Shown: in pieces, positions 23,610 through 36,265 of the stretch
How the letters are laid out: each line of letters starts with the position of its first letter
Position numbering within the stretch: position 1 is the first letter of the stretch
Translations under genes and position numbers: made by a program
The notes under the pieces: generated by a model
Seen by the model: the letters and a program-made list of their open reading frames with translations, nothing else
Told to the model about the DNA's origin: nothing
Databases searched by the model: none
Source of the DNA: Eledone cirrhosa
Taxonomy: Eukaryota
DNA length: 64,000 nt
NCBI GenBank assembly: GCA_964016885.1
Contig: OZ024743.1
Location: 281,728,001 to 281,792,000, forward strand
Reading direction: 5' to 3'

Positions 23610-24290
23610 TGATGCTAAATTCCGCCAATTGCAGACTGCATCAACATGAGATATTTTTCTCCACAAAGTTGATCACAACAGCAGAGTTTAAAGAGCAAAG
23701 ATCAAGTCCAGCCCACAAGTTGACATTATCAAGCCATTGTCTTGGCTGCTGGCCTCTGCTTCTCTTACCAGCCAACCTTCCTTCCAAGCATAACCTACTC
23801 ATACCATGAGTTGCTATTTTTATATGACCATATAGTTTGAGTACTCTTGACTTGACAATTGATGTAATTGGTCTAAGTCTGGTAATGTTGAGCAGCTCAC
23901 TGATACAGATACGATTGCTGAGCCGCTTGCCAGTCATAAGTCTCATGATGTGGTTCTGGAATGTAGAGAGTTTCTGAAGTGACCTTGTCATCCAATTAAC
24001 ACAGTCAAGACCATATAACACAACTGGTAGGATGTAAGTATTGAAGATCTTAGCCTTCAAATGATAGAAAACTCGTTTTGATGTTAGTACTTCCTTGTTC
24101 TTGTTGAAAGCTGCCGAATTTAGAGCGATGCGATACTGCACAGCAACCATTCCATTGTTGTTTGATGATAGTTTGTGACCGAGATATACAAACTCCGTAA
24201 CTTGAGCAATTTGTTGATTGTAGATTGTGAGTTGGAGATTGGCATTGCTGTTATCAGTTGTAATACACTTTGTTTTGGAGATGTTGATGT
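23610..24290 (-). pseudogene. C-terminal (thumb) fragment of a different RTE-family ORF
   Basis: YLGHKLS, KAKIFNTYILPVVLYG, KLYGHI, EGRLAGKRSRG..RQWLDNV (ORF 23641-24150). Confidence 0.85.
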
Positions 24291-24764
24291 GTAAGCCAGC
24301 ATGAGCAAGACATGGTCACCTGACCTAGCATTGTCCACAACAGGACAACTCGTCTAACCCATGCAGGTGTGGAAAATGGACATAAAACAGTGATGATGAT
24401 GATGATGATATATATACACACACACACGATTTAGCGCTGTGTATTCCATTGTGATAAAATCCAATCCTGTTCAGAAGTATGTAAAATTAATTCAATGGGG
24501 CAAAGACGAAGATCTGGAGTTCCATGTTGTTTGCTTTGTTTACTTTCATTCATTTATTTATTCATTCATTCATTCATTCATTCATTGTCTCCATGTCTCA
24601 CTGTCTTTGCCCCATTTTGCATTCTAGAAGATGGACGTTAAACGATGATGATGATGAGGTATAAAGATCTATATTTTGAAGGGATATAAAAAAAAGAATA
24701 CAACTATCTAGAAAAAAACTGATTACATTTCTAAAAAGTACAGAAAAAATAGTTTTGTTTTAAT

Positions 24765-24962
24765 GTTTTTTAAACATAATATCAGACAAATGGCGGCCAT
24801 CGTTGATGGAGTCGTTCCCGGAATTTCTCCATGATTCTCTGGGTTATCTCAGGTGGAATTGTGTCAATTTACGGTTCTGTGATTGGAATGATCGGTCTCA
24901 GTTAATTCTTCAACTAACATCATTTTGTAAGGATGTAGTTTAAATTGGCATGCAGAATCCTC
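24765..24962 (-). pseudogene. Internally deleted Tc1/mariner-superfamily transposase remnant
   Basis: Minus frames KLHPYKMMLVEELTETDH joined to IDTIPPEITQRIMEKFRERLHQ..GRHLSDIMFK. Confidence 0.7.
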
Positions 24963-25334
24963 CTCAAACTCTGACTTGATATCCCTAGTGCTATGCTATG
25001 CCTATGAGCAGAACACTATTTTTCTTGGCTTTTTATATATACTTATATATAAAGATGAATTTTCTTTGATTTCGATGATGAGTGTTCCAATTGTTCAATC
25101 AATGGAACAGGCTACTCATTAAATGAATGTGTAAGTAACTGAACATTCCACGGGCACATGTCCCTCTTAATGTGATTTTCAGGGAGATTCAGCATAAAAC
25201 AGCATGTGATAAGACTGTCAATTTGAATTACAGGTATAGTCTATCTGATGGGCTTCTAAACAGTTTCTGTTTACCAATTTTACTTCTGAAGTTTGAGGTG
25301 AACTGAAGCCATGGTAAATGTTACCCAACGTATT

Positions 25335-25685
25335 CTTTTACTTGTTTCAGTCATTATGTTGTAGCCATGCTGCCTTGAAGGGATTTAGTCAATCATAATA
25401 ACCCCAGTGTTTATTTTTTTCAAGTCATTTATTTAATCAATCTCTTTTTGTTGAACTGATAAGTTACAGGATATAAACAGTAAATGTAAACACAGACATG
25501 GACATATACTCACACACATATAATGGGCTTCTACACAGTTTCTGCCTACCAAATTTCACTTATAAGGCATTATTGGTCAACAGAAGGCTATAGTAGAAGA
25601 TACTTTCTAAGGTGTAATACAGTGGAACTGAACAAGAAATCACACGACTGCGATTCAAATTCCTTAACCATACAGCCATGCTGTA
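25335..25685 (-). mobile_element. Old tRNA-headed SINE (CORE-like family)
   Basis: Minus strand catggctgtatggttaagg...ccttagaaagtatcttctactatagcc. Relatives at ~30995-31175, 34058-34225 and 57120-57285. Confidence 0.6.
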
Positions 25686-26699
25686 TCTTTTATTTTTACA
25701 TGTAAAAATATTTATTCTACTACTAGCCTTTCTTAAGATGCAATCCAATCAACATCCTGACATATTTCATATGTATCCTGATATGTAATATGTTTAGATT
25801 TATCTTCCTTTTCCGTTCCCTTAAAATATTCACCAAAGAGATAGAGTATTAAAAAAAAACCCTGATAAACAACTTAACCAGCTCAACTAAAACAATTACT
25901 AGCTTATATAATGTAACTTTTTCATCTCCCCCCCTCTCTCTCTCTTCTCTTTCACATGCAGATGTATAAATACAATCTCATTCACTACTACTGTACATGT
26001 CAGCTGGAGTGTGAAATGTCACACAGGAAGATTTTATTTATTCAAAATATAATATAAATTCGTTGATATGAAATGAGATATGGAAGAAGCATCCTCAGAC
26101 AATTATAACAATACCATGGTATTAGAATAAAAAGAAAACAATAATTATATTTATTCCAGCTGCAGAACCATATGGAAGGGATGTACTTTTATAACATACA
26201 TAAAAATTCATGTTAGATAAAATAAACAATGAAAGAAAAACAATATCGTTCTTTAGATCACAATGAAAAATGTGAGAAAGAAAAAGTGAAACGGATTTGA
26301 GATTTTAAAAACTTGTTACAGTGATGGTTGCTTCCAACAAGACTTTGCCTTTCGTCCTACTTTGGTTGATAAAATAAAGTATGAGTTATGTACTGGAGTA
26401 AATGTAATCAACTTTCCCTTCCACACCAAAAAAGTTAGCCTTGTGCCTAAAATTATAACTCATTATAGTTGCTACTATTGTTATGGATCATATCTGCCTA
26501 GGTTTAGGCAGTCATCTATGAGGTTGCATCTTATTAGGGGTTTGGGGGGTGTTTTAATGAAAGGAGCCTCAGTCATACGAGCTCATCATTTTTCTTCTAA
26601 GAATTTGAACCCAAAATGTACAGAACCAGAATATATATTGCAAGGCATCCCATCCAATATTAACAATTTCGCCAATCCACCACCTAGGACAGGTATTTT

Positions 26700-27120
26700 A
26701 ATGATCGACTTTGGAAAGAATACGATCACAAATACAAGCAGCCAAATTGGGATTCCTCCGAAGGGTCTTTGGAGTAATGTTACTCAATAAAGTGTGTAAT
26801 TCAGAGATCACAGAATCGTTCCGGGTTGAGCTGCTACTTCTCTGAATTGAGAAATCGCAGCTCCGATACTATGGGCATGTGATTAGAATATATCAGGAAA
26901 GAATTGCTGGACAGATTTTATGAGTAAAACCAGCTGGCAGGAGACCCAGGAGTAGACCCCGAGCAAGATGGTTGGATAACATCTATGAAATTGGCTTGTC
27001 TTGCTTGGGGATCCAGACGGATCAGTCAGAGACAATTGCTTTTGACAGGATCTGCTGGAAGGAGTGTTTGAGGACTTTGTCCCCATGACTCTCTCAGGAA
27101 TAGGTGGGCAAAGAAGAAGA
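26700..27120 (+). pseudogene. RTE (Expander/Rex3-like) C-terminal fragment
   Basis: RSQIQAAKLGFLRRVFGV..NKVCNSEI..IEKSQLRYYGHVIRI..GRRPRSRPRARWLDN, with stops. Confidence 0.8.
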
Positions 27121-29123
27121 CTTTGGGAGGATGAAAGACAAAGTTGGATTCAGTAAGAGTTCAACTCGTCAAAGAGAGCTGGAACAAATACAGCAATGTT
27201 CTGCCAAGTCACCCCTTTTATATTGTTATAATGTCTTTTAAATAATACCTTTCATATTAATCCAGTCCACTCAGCTGAATAAAAATGAGTATCACCACCA
27301 GTAGCAGCAGCTGGGAGTTAACCTTGCAACAGACTGGGGTTGGGGGTTATGTAGTTTCGGTCACTTAATACTTAATGAAACAGGAAAAAGCTCTAAGTGG
27401 ATAGCTTCTAAACTAAAGACAGACTTTAACATAGCCAACTCTTAATTGCCTCTTATGACATGCAGGGATATGGTGTACTTATTTTAAACTGGATACACAT
27501 GACTTGAGGAATTTCACAGTTGTATTTGTCTGACAAATGACTGTGTTGGAACTAAAGAAATTATACTGTGGAAGAGTCATTTTAGACATTCAAAAACACC
27601 CCAAAACTGTTCACTTCACTTAACTTTTACCATTTATATCTTGATGTCAAAATTTTCATTGCACTGTTTGTGACTAGGTTACAAACAGAGCAACACAAAT
27701 TTTGACACTAAGAAATATATGGTAAATATAAAGGGAAGTGAACAGTTTTGGGGCGTTTTTGAATGGCTAAAATGACTCTTCAACAATGTAATGTAAAGGA
27801 AACTCTTAAGAACTAAGAATTGCTGTAAACAATATAATTCACAGCACAACAAAATTCCAGAGAGACAAAGATAGTCTGTTTTAAGAAATCTCAAAGGATT
27901 AAATTAACACTTTCAAAATGTAGCTAAACAATGGTTACACAACACACACATTATATATATATATGAGTATGTTTTCAACAACGTAATTCAAAAATATAAT
28001 TCAACCTTTCCTTTCATCTTAACTGCAAAATATTGCAAGGTCTTTGCTTCTAAAGAAAGCAACATTAAATCAGAGATGATAGTAAATCTCATGAGAAAAT
28101 GCAGTAATTTTAAAATCTAGCCTGCCAGAGAGACAAAATAAAAAGAGCAAACATAACTAAGTGGAATAATTTCTAAGATTTCTTGTGTGATATTTATGTA
28201 GTCTATAAAAACTACATAAATATCTTAACAGAAAAAGTTACATAAATAAAAAAGTTTTAAAGTTGACAAATAAAGAGAAAAAAAAAAAATCATGCATATT
28301 AAAAAGGCTGGTGGCATCATTTTCAAATGCCTCCAACAGAATTTCTGAGAGAACAAGGAGAATGCTAGTTAGAACATTATTCCAGAAAAAGAATTCTTAA
28401 GATAAACTGGAACTTGCAAAATCTGTAATACCCAGCACTTACACTTCATATGAAAAATTCTTCAAGCAACACAAATGAAAGAAAGATTTTGTCAAACACA
28501 AAAAAAAAAACCCCAGACCACACCAGACTTGCTAAAAGATGTAAGCAACAGTGTTAAAGAGAAAATAATTCAAATTTTTCACAGAATCTATAAATAATGG
28601 AATCACTTCTATAGAATAGCATACAAATGTTATATTTCTCCACGAGATTAGCAAAATAAACTTAATGACACAGAGGGGTTGTGTTTAGTAATATATAGGT
28701 TGCATAGAAAAGTCATAAGAAATAAAATCAGCAAACTAAACGAACAAGTTTCAAAAATGAATTCTCAAACATTGATCTTTTGGACACTATAGTAGAGGAA
28801 TGGAGCCGATTGTCAGATCAGAGTGAAGAAACTAAGTTTCCATTGATCTTTCCATTGCTGACATTACCTGCCAGTCACATCTGACTGAAAGAGGTACAAT
28901 TTGAACTTAGAATGCACAAAGCCAGATCAAATATGGCAAAGCATCCTGTAAGTCTTTTTTAGCAATTATGCTAATCTACTGCCTTTGGACTGTTACTTTA
29001 TAGACCCTGAAAGGCAAAGTTGACCATGGCAGGGTTTGAACTCAGAGCACAGAAAACCAGAACAAATACAGAAGCATATAATCTGACACTAATGACTTGG
29101 CCAATTCATAGTAAATATGTGGA

Positions 29124-29383
29124 TTAAACTTTTTGATACCAAACTGCCTGAAACTGCCACTGGTTCTATCATATAAGCTGTTTGTTTTAAAGTGTTGATA
29201 TTTATCTAAAAACTTTCCATTGTAACTTTATACAAGGATCTTTATTAAGTTATGGTCCAAATAATGAATAATGAAAAAGTCAGCAATATTACTAAATCTT
29301 TCCATATTCTTGATTATTTTCAAAATGCTTTGAAAATCACAGGCAGTATTTTTCATTAGAAATAGAGCAAATGAAAGGGTTAA
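29124..29383. mobile_element. piggyBac-type MITE
   Basis: TTAA..TTTTGATACCAAACTGCCTGAAACT ... AAAGGG-TTAA. Confidence 0.65.
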
Positions 29384-31376
29384 AACATAGCAGGATACAC
29401 GAGATCTCTCTACCTAAATTTTGTTGAGTTTTATAAAGGGTTTAACTGTATAGAAACGAAAATAGTTCTAGCATATCTAAAACAACACACTGAATCAGTT
29501 TAGATCAACAATGAAACCACATATACAACTACTCTACACTCCCATTTTGCCAATATCAGAGCCCACTGAAAGATTTTGGTTCCCTACTTGTTCATTCCCT
29601 ACCAGACATTCCACTGCACCTTTTGTATACTCACTGTTTTTTTAGGGCTTAGTCAGATGAAGAATAGGTAATGCCCATGACATTTACAGGGCTTCTGAGA
29701 GTGGTGGAGGTATAATGGTAGGAAAAGTAAGGAAGCAACAATGACTCATGGGTTGTGTAGTAGAAAGCAACAAATCAAGATAAAAAATTATCTTTAAACT
29801 GGAGACCTGATAGATACAAATGTTTGCAACAGTGAACTCTGCTAAACGTACTCAAGGGCTCAGTGGTTGTGTCAAATTGGACAATGGTTCCTCTGATAAT
29901 ATAGAATTGAGTTATTTCTTAAATATTGATTCAGAAGATATTATTGTTACTTGTGTTACTTATTTAGACTTGGCCATGCTAATTTCAACCCTTTCATTAC
30001 CATATTTTTAATGAAAGACACTGTCTATGATTTTCAAAGAATTATGAAAATCATCAAGAGTTTGACGAGATTTAGTAACTAACTTTCCCATTATTAAGCT
30101 AATGCATAAAGTTTCCTACATAAAGTTTCGTACATAAAATTAAGACTGGAGGCTTTTAGATAAATATAAACACCTTAAAATAAATCAGAAGTAGTTTCAG
30201 GCAGTTTGGTATAAAAAATTGTAAGAAACACAAATTAGAAATAGGTGAGGATGGGGGACAGTCAGGCAATTTAGTATTTAGCCAATTTTTCAAATTTCAC
30301 ACTTCCACAGTCTTTATGAGTGTACAAAAGTGGTCATAGACAGCTAATTCTAATAACTCTATATTTTGTGATACTTTTTCAGATAAATAATGCATTTGCC
30401 TGTTAACATAGTAAAATATTAAATGGATTCTGTTTAAATCTACATAACTGAGAAATTCTTTATTGCTGGAGAAATTAAATGCATGAGTAATTATCTAAGC
30501 CAGATGTAATGAATTTATCAGATAATGAATTTATCCCCAAGAGAAAGGATAAAACCTATTACATCCTACAGGCCTAACATATCAGTAAGGCTGTATCTAT
30601 ACCATGTAACAGCCAAAAACATGTCAACAAACTTTGTTACTGACTTCAGAATGAGGTCTTACATATTTTTAAGCCACTCCACAATACAGATAGAGATATT
30701 GATAAAACGGTTTGTTTGATTGGCTATTGGCACACACACACACACACAAACATATACGCAAATATATATATACACATATAGATATGTGTCTTCTAATAGA
30801 AATATGGTAACAAAAGGGTTTGTTGTGAGGAAAAAGCCCTGAATAACCCCACATAACTAAAAGTGGACTAGGCGAAACTCTATAAATAAGAACTGAAGTG
30901 AAAAAGCTGACTGTACCAATAGTTTACTGGGTCTTTTTTTTCTTTGTAGTATCAGTCCATAAATCCCAATAATGGCTATTACTTATACATGTGAATGGCT
31001 TCTTCACAGTTTCTGCCTCCTAAATTCACCTTACAAGCTATTGGCCACCCTGCAGCTATGGTATGCATTGAATAAGTAAAGTGATATGGTAAGTGTGAGT
31101 ACGCCATTGAAAGAAATCAAACCTAAAATCATGTTTCCAAAGTTAGCTTTTTAATCATAAAGACATACTTATGCCCTTTAACACTATAATACTTGTTGCT
31201 AGTTTTCAGGTAAAAGTAACAGATTAAATTAAAAGTTCAATTCACCAAAATACAATTTAGAGAAACAAATTCCTGTAACAAGAGACTTCTTTTATTTAAG
31301 AATATTTCTCTTCTCTTAGACAATTCCATTTCATTTGAAAAAAAGGAAATTGTATCGAATTATATTATTCATTGAC

Positions 31377-31568
31377 GGCGATGAATTGGCAGTATCGGTA
31401 GAGGGTCGGACACCATGCTTTAACGCATAGAGTTACGGCCTTTGCCATTCTGAGTTCAAATCCCGCCAGGGTTAACTTTGCTTTTCATCCTTACGGGGTT
31501 GATAAAATAAAGTACCAGTAATGCACTGTGCCCAAAGTACCACTTGTGCCCAAAGTAGAAACAATTAT
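31377..31568 (+). mobile_element. tRNA-derived SINE (Nin/Deu-like domain)
   Basis: TGGCAGTATCGG, GAGTTCAAATC and the central domain. Confidence 0.9.
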
Positions 31569-32169
31569 ATTATTTATTGATCAAAACAATAAACAATACA
31601 ATTAACAGGTCAATAAATAGAATCCACATCGTCAGTCAATTTGCAGTGAGTTTGAAGTTAAGTTTTACACAAATAAATGAGCAGGATTTCTCAAGTACAA
31701 TATATGTTCTATATATTGGGAATAGTACTGAGATAGCCTGAAAGAAACTGATCTTCTGACCCAAATTTCAGACAAATGGTTATGAACATAAAACTGTCCT
31801 TACTCACTCTGCATCTTGTTACCCAAATTTCTTCTGCTTTACCCAAATTCTATATTAAACACTATATACACTTTTTCATTCTGACTAACACCAGACCATG
31901 AAAGTCTCTTATGTTATCATGCATTACACTACCATTTCAAATTTGCAAACTTCACATTAACACTTTTGTGATCATATTTCAAATGAAATACACTTTGTTT
32001 CAATTCATTAATGGATAATTTTAAGGGATTTACTAAAATCATTATTTTATTACTTTTTTTTTAAATTATTTATTTCACTAGCCATGTATAAATTAAAAAT
32101 ATAAAAAAGGTGCATAAAAAATGATACACTATTTACAAAGAAGAGAATAAAAAGTTCTTAGGAATGGAA

Positions 32170-33110
32170 TGAAGTGTTTCATTATTGAGAATGTGCTAAT
32201 CAGGCTAGTGAGGCCATTGAGAAGGATTATAATAAAAAACTATCATCCTTTTCTTGACAGCCTATTAAAGTAGCACTTTATGCAAAGTCATTTTTTATTT
32301 TATTTAAAAATTTTGAAGTATGTTTTTTAATGTTACTAAAATGGTAGGTTTTTACAACAGGTTTGTTGATTACTCAACAGCATGTTTTTAATATATTTTT
32401 TGTCTGGAAAAATTGCATCTTTGCACACAAAATGATTCCAGACAATTGGTCCACGATAAGTGTAGCTGAATTTATTCAATATTGTTATGGCATAACTATT
32501 ACATTTGAATGTTGCTCTAGAAGACTTTGTTGGATATTTGTGAATATTCTTTATAAATTTTTCTTGAACACATTGTGGTGTAAACTTGTGATAATCTTTG
32601 AACATTAGTCTCAAATGAACAGCCAAATTTATTTCGTAAATATTTAGTATATTATTGTCAAGCATTAAAGGCCAAGAATGGGACCATCTGAGAGCCTTTG
32701 ATATAATCCTGACTGCACGTTTACTTAAGTTTACTTAATTTTGTCTTCTTAATACCCAAGCTAGGTTACCATATATTAAATATGGATTAACAAAAGAAAC
32801 TTACATTTTCATTGCTTTGTTGTCTAAAACTTATGTCCCCTACAGATTAATGCAATTTGTGTTGATAATTTACATTCTATTGTTTGAATGTGCAATGTCC
32901 AATTCAAATTTTCGTCAAAAAGAATTCCCAGAAACTTTGTATATCTTTTTAACTAAAATGTATTTTGTGTGGTTGTAAAGACAGATTATCACCATTAGCT
33001 GATGAACACAAAGTGTACTTAGTTTAATTTACGTTTAGAGAAAGCTTATTTGCTGAATACCAGTTATTTACGAATTCATTTCTTTGAATAATGTATGGTA
33101 GTCTTTATGG
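32170..33110 (-). mobile_element. Decayed CR1/L2-group (Crack-like) LINE 3' fragment
   Basis: NKLSLNV..TK, FLGILFDENLNW..HI, PYLIYG, KRAVRII, FSYTYRGPIVWN. Confidence 0.8.
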
Positions 33111-33329
33111 TAATATTACTAAAATATTAATTCAATATATGGTTCTTATATAAAATTATATTAGGAAATTTTAATTCTAACAGAAACCTTTTAAAATGGA
33201 TAGTTTTGTGTCATAGAACCAAAGCCAGTTTTGATTGGGCAGGTATGAAAAAGATTAACTTCAGTTATTTTCTTTGTATTTATAGTCATATAAACTTTTC
33301 TTTGAAAATTTTGAGCAATGATATAACAT

Positions 33330-33655
33330 TACTCATCTGGGATGTGCCATATAGTGACACTTCGTCCAGTAGCAATCTGGTGCATTCAACAACAGACACA
33401 AGTTTCAATGTCCAACAAGCTGAAGATTGCAAACTGTCAAAAGTATTGGCCACTTTCTGATAGGTTTGTCATTGAACCTATAGTGGTGGAGACTTTAGGC
33501 ATTTTTTATTCTTGAACCATCTCCCTAATCACTACTATCAAGGTGGTGCTGGTTACCTACAAAAGTATGCTCCATGAATTAGAATGGCTATTTCAACGTA
33601 TTTCCTTTGCTATCCTATGGGATAATGCTGTTTGCATTTGACTGTTGGGAGCATG
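33330..33655 (+). pseudogene. C-terminal restriction-like endonuclease fragment of a CRE-type non-LTR element
   Basis: LIWDVPYSDT..S...AEDCKLSK, PIVVETLG, ELEWLFQRISFAILWDNAVCI across frameshifts. Confidence 0.75.
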
Positions 33656-34226
33656 AGCTGGCTTGTAACTGGGGTTCTGCCAGAGAGTGTTCATCCATGC
33701 CAACCAAGCTACTAGTGATGGTATAGTTTGCTGATATCTACAACATCTGTCAACACACACTCACTGTATGAATTTACTCACTCGATGCATACTTCCTCCT
33801 TCTATTACTCATCTAATTCAATAACATATCTTTCTGTTTCTCTTATCATTTATTACTGTGATAGGGCCTGCTCTACAGAACATGCTAACAGCATCTTACC
33901 TGGAAATGGCCCTTAACTTCTCTTCTTGCTACTCATATTCTCCTACTCTAGCTAAATCCTCTACTAAAAACACTATATACATTTCTTCATTCAGATTTTC
34001 ACCAGACAAGGAAAAGATGGGGAAGTGGAAGAAAAGAGGAGGAAATATAAAAATAACAGGCATGGCTGTGTGTTACACAGTTTGCTTTGGTACATCTGGA
34101 TTCGATCTACATGCCACTTTGAGCAAGTGTCTTGTAGCATAGTCTTGACCAAGCAAAGCCTTGTGGGTGAAATTTAGTAGATAGAAAGTGGTACAGAAGG
34201 GACCTGTTGGATCTCTGTATGAGTGA

Positions 34227-34282
<56 letters not shown>

Positions 34283-34289
34283 ATAATAA

Positions 34290-35476
34290 TAAATTTGAAG
34301 ACTAAAATCCAAAGAGGGCTCGATAAGGATAAATATATATCAAATATATATGAACCGTAGAGAAAATATTTATTAAAATAACAGATTATAGTTTAAGCAA
34401 AGAATCGCTGCTTTCACCCTTAACGGGATCTTCTGAAACTAACAAAGCCAATCTGTGAACGCAGAAGTGAATATTTCAAAAAACGTTGCAACCGGAGGAA
34501 GACAGGAAGACGATACTTTGGTTCGTGGAAACGTTCCCTGGCAAAGAACGGGAAAAAACGAATATAATACGTCATTATTTGGAGCGGTGAAAACAATTAC
34601 ACGCAAAGACCAAACCACGTTTATGGTATAAAAGAAGTCGTAGACAAATATTCTATTAGGTGGTTCATAGAGACGTTCTCAGGCAATGAACGGAAAAAAC
34701 GAAGATAATATGTCATATGTGGAGCGGGGAGAACAATTGCACGCAAAGACAAAACCACTAAATGGTATAACTGAAGTCGTAGACTAAAATTCTAACTAGG
34801 AAACTGAATGATTCTCGGCTTCAGAGTTAAGAATAAAATAACTAAAATACAGATATCTGGAGTCTAAAAGACAACCATACCCAATATAAGTTACACTGGG
34901 AGATCCTTGCTAGGGCTAGATCGTATAACGGAAATATAAGACCATGTGACCTCTGCACCGCTGAGGCACTTAAAATACTCTACGCCAAAGACCACATCTT
35001 AAACAAACAATCTGAGGCAATTTCGGCTTGTAAACATAAATTGCACAAAACTTTCCTGTATTACAGCCCCATATTATACCGTAACGGATAGTACGAACTA
35101 TACGCGGATATTTTACGTCTTGATGTGGTAGCTAAGTATATGTTATGTTTATACCATTACTTATTTATATAGGTAAGTATTATTACCTGTATGTTTTATG
35201 AAGGTACGTATACTTCCTCGTACGTATATTTGATTGTATGTGTTATGGCGTATATATTATATATCCTGGTACATATGCTTTTGGTTATGTGTATACGTGA
35301 GTTTTGCGTCTGTGTGAGTATGCGGGTTCGTACGTATATCGGGTGTGTGTATATGTGTACTTCGTGTTTTGGTTGACGTACGTCTCCGAACATATGTGTA
35401 TTTACATGTAGGTATGTGTGTGCGCTTGTTATATACGTATTTATTTATTTATATACGTTTATTTAATTATATGTTT

Positions 35477-35507
<31 letters not shown>

Positions 35508-36205
35508 AATATATATATTTTTATATATAATTTTGTGTGTGTTTGGTGTATACATTCGTATCCGTGCGGGTACAGGCGTTGAGTGGGTTCTGTATGTGGG
35601 TGTGGGTGTTTTTTTTGTTTTTTGTGTGTACGTGCGTGTATTTGTATACCTATGGCCAGTGTTTTCGCGTATGCTTGTGTATGCACGTATATGGATGCGT
35701 GTATTTATTTCAATTACCTCTATATTTTATTTACTTTATTCTTAACCCTGAAGCCGAGAATCCTTCGGTTTCGTAGTTAGAATTTTAGTCTACGACTTCA
35801 GTTATACCATTTTGTGGTTTTGTCTTTGCGTGCAATTGTTCTCCCCGCTCCACATATGACATATTATCTTCGTTTTTTCCTTTCATTGCCTGAGAACGTC
35901 TCTATGAACCACCTAATAGAATATTTGTCTACAACTTCTTTTATACCATAAACGTGGTTTTGTATTTGCGTGTAATTGTTTTTCACCCCTCCAATAATGA
36001 CGTATTATATTCGTTTTTTTCCCGTTCTTTGCCAGGGAACGTTTCCACGAACCAAAGTATTGTCTTCCTGTCTTCCTCCGGTTGCAACGTTTTTTGAAAT
36101 ATTCACTTCTGCGTTCACAGATTGACTTTGTTAGTTTCAAAAGATCCTGTTAAGGGTGAAAGCAGCGATTCTTTGCTTAAACTTTAATCTGTTATTTTAA
36201 TAAAT
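34290..36205 (+). mobile_element. Penelope-like element remnant: inverted terminal repeats (~34365-34845 and ~35730-36205) around a GIY-YIG C-terminus and 3' UTR
   Basis: 34852-35070 translates DIWSLKDN..YKLHWEILARARSY...CDLCTAEALKILY...LNKQSEAISACKHK. The arms are near-identical reverse complements. Confidence 0.88.
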
Positions 36206-36265
36206 ATATATATATATATTTATTAAAATAACATGACCCTCCCAAAGTATAACAATATATATATA

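Noticed and set aside
27900-31300. Host gene exons in repeat-poor stretches
   Set aside because: No ORF with a recognisable domain or convincing splice-bounded frame; short exons cannot be excluded by eye.
31377-31470. tRNA genes
   Set aside because: The A and B boxes belong to SINE heads, which continue into the SINE core and do not form a cloverleaf.
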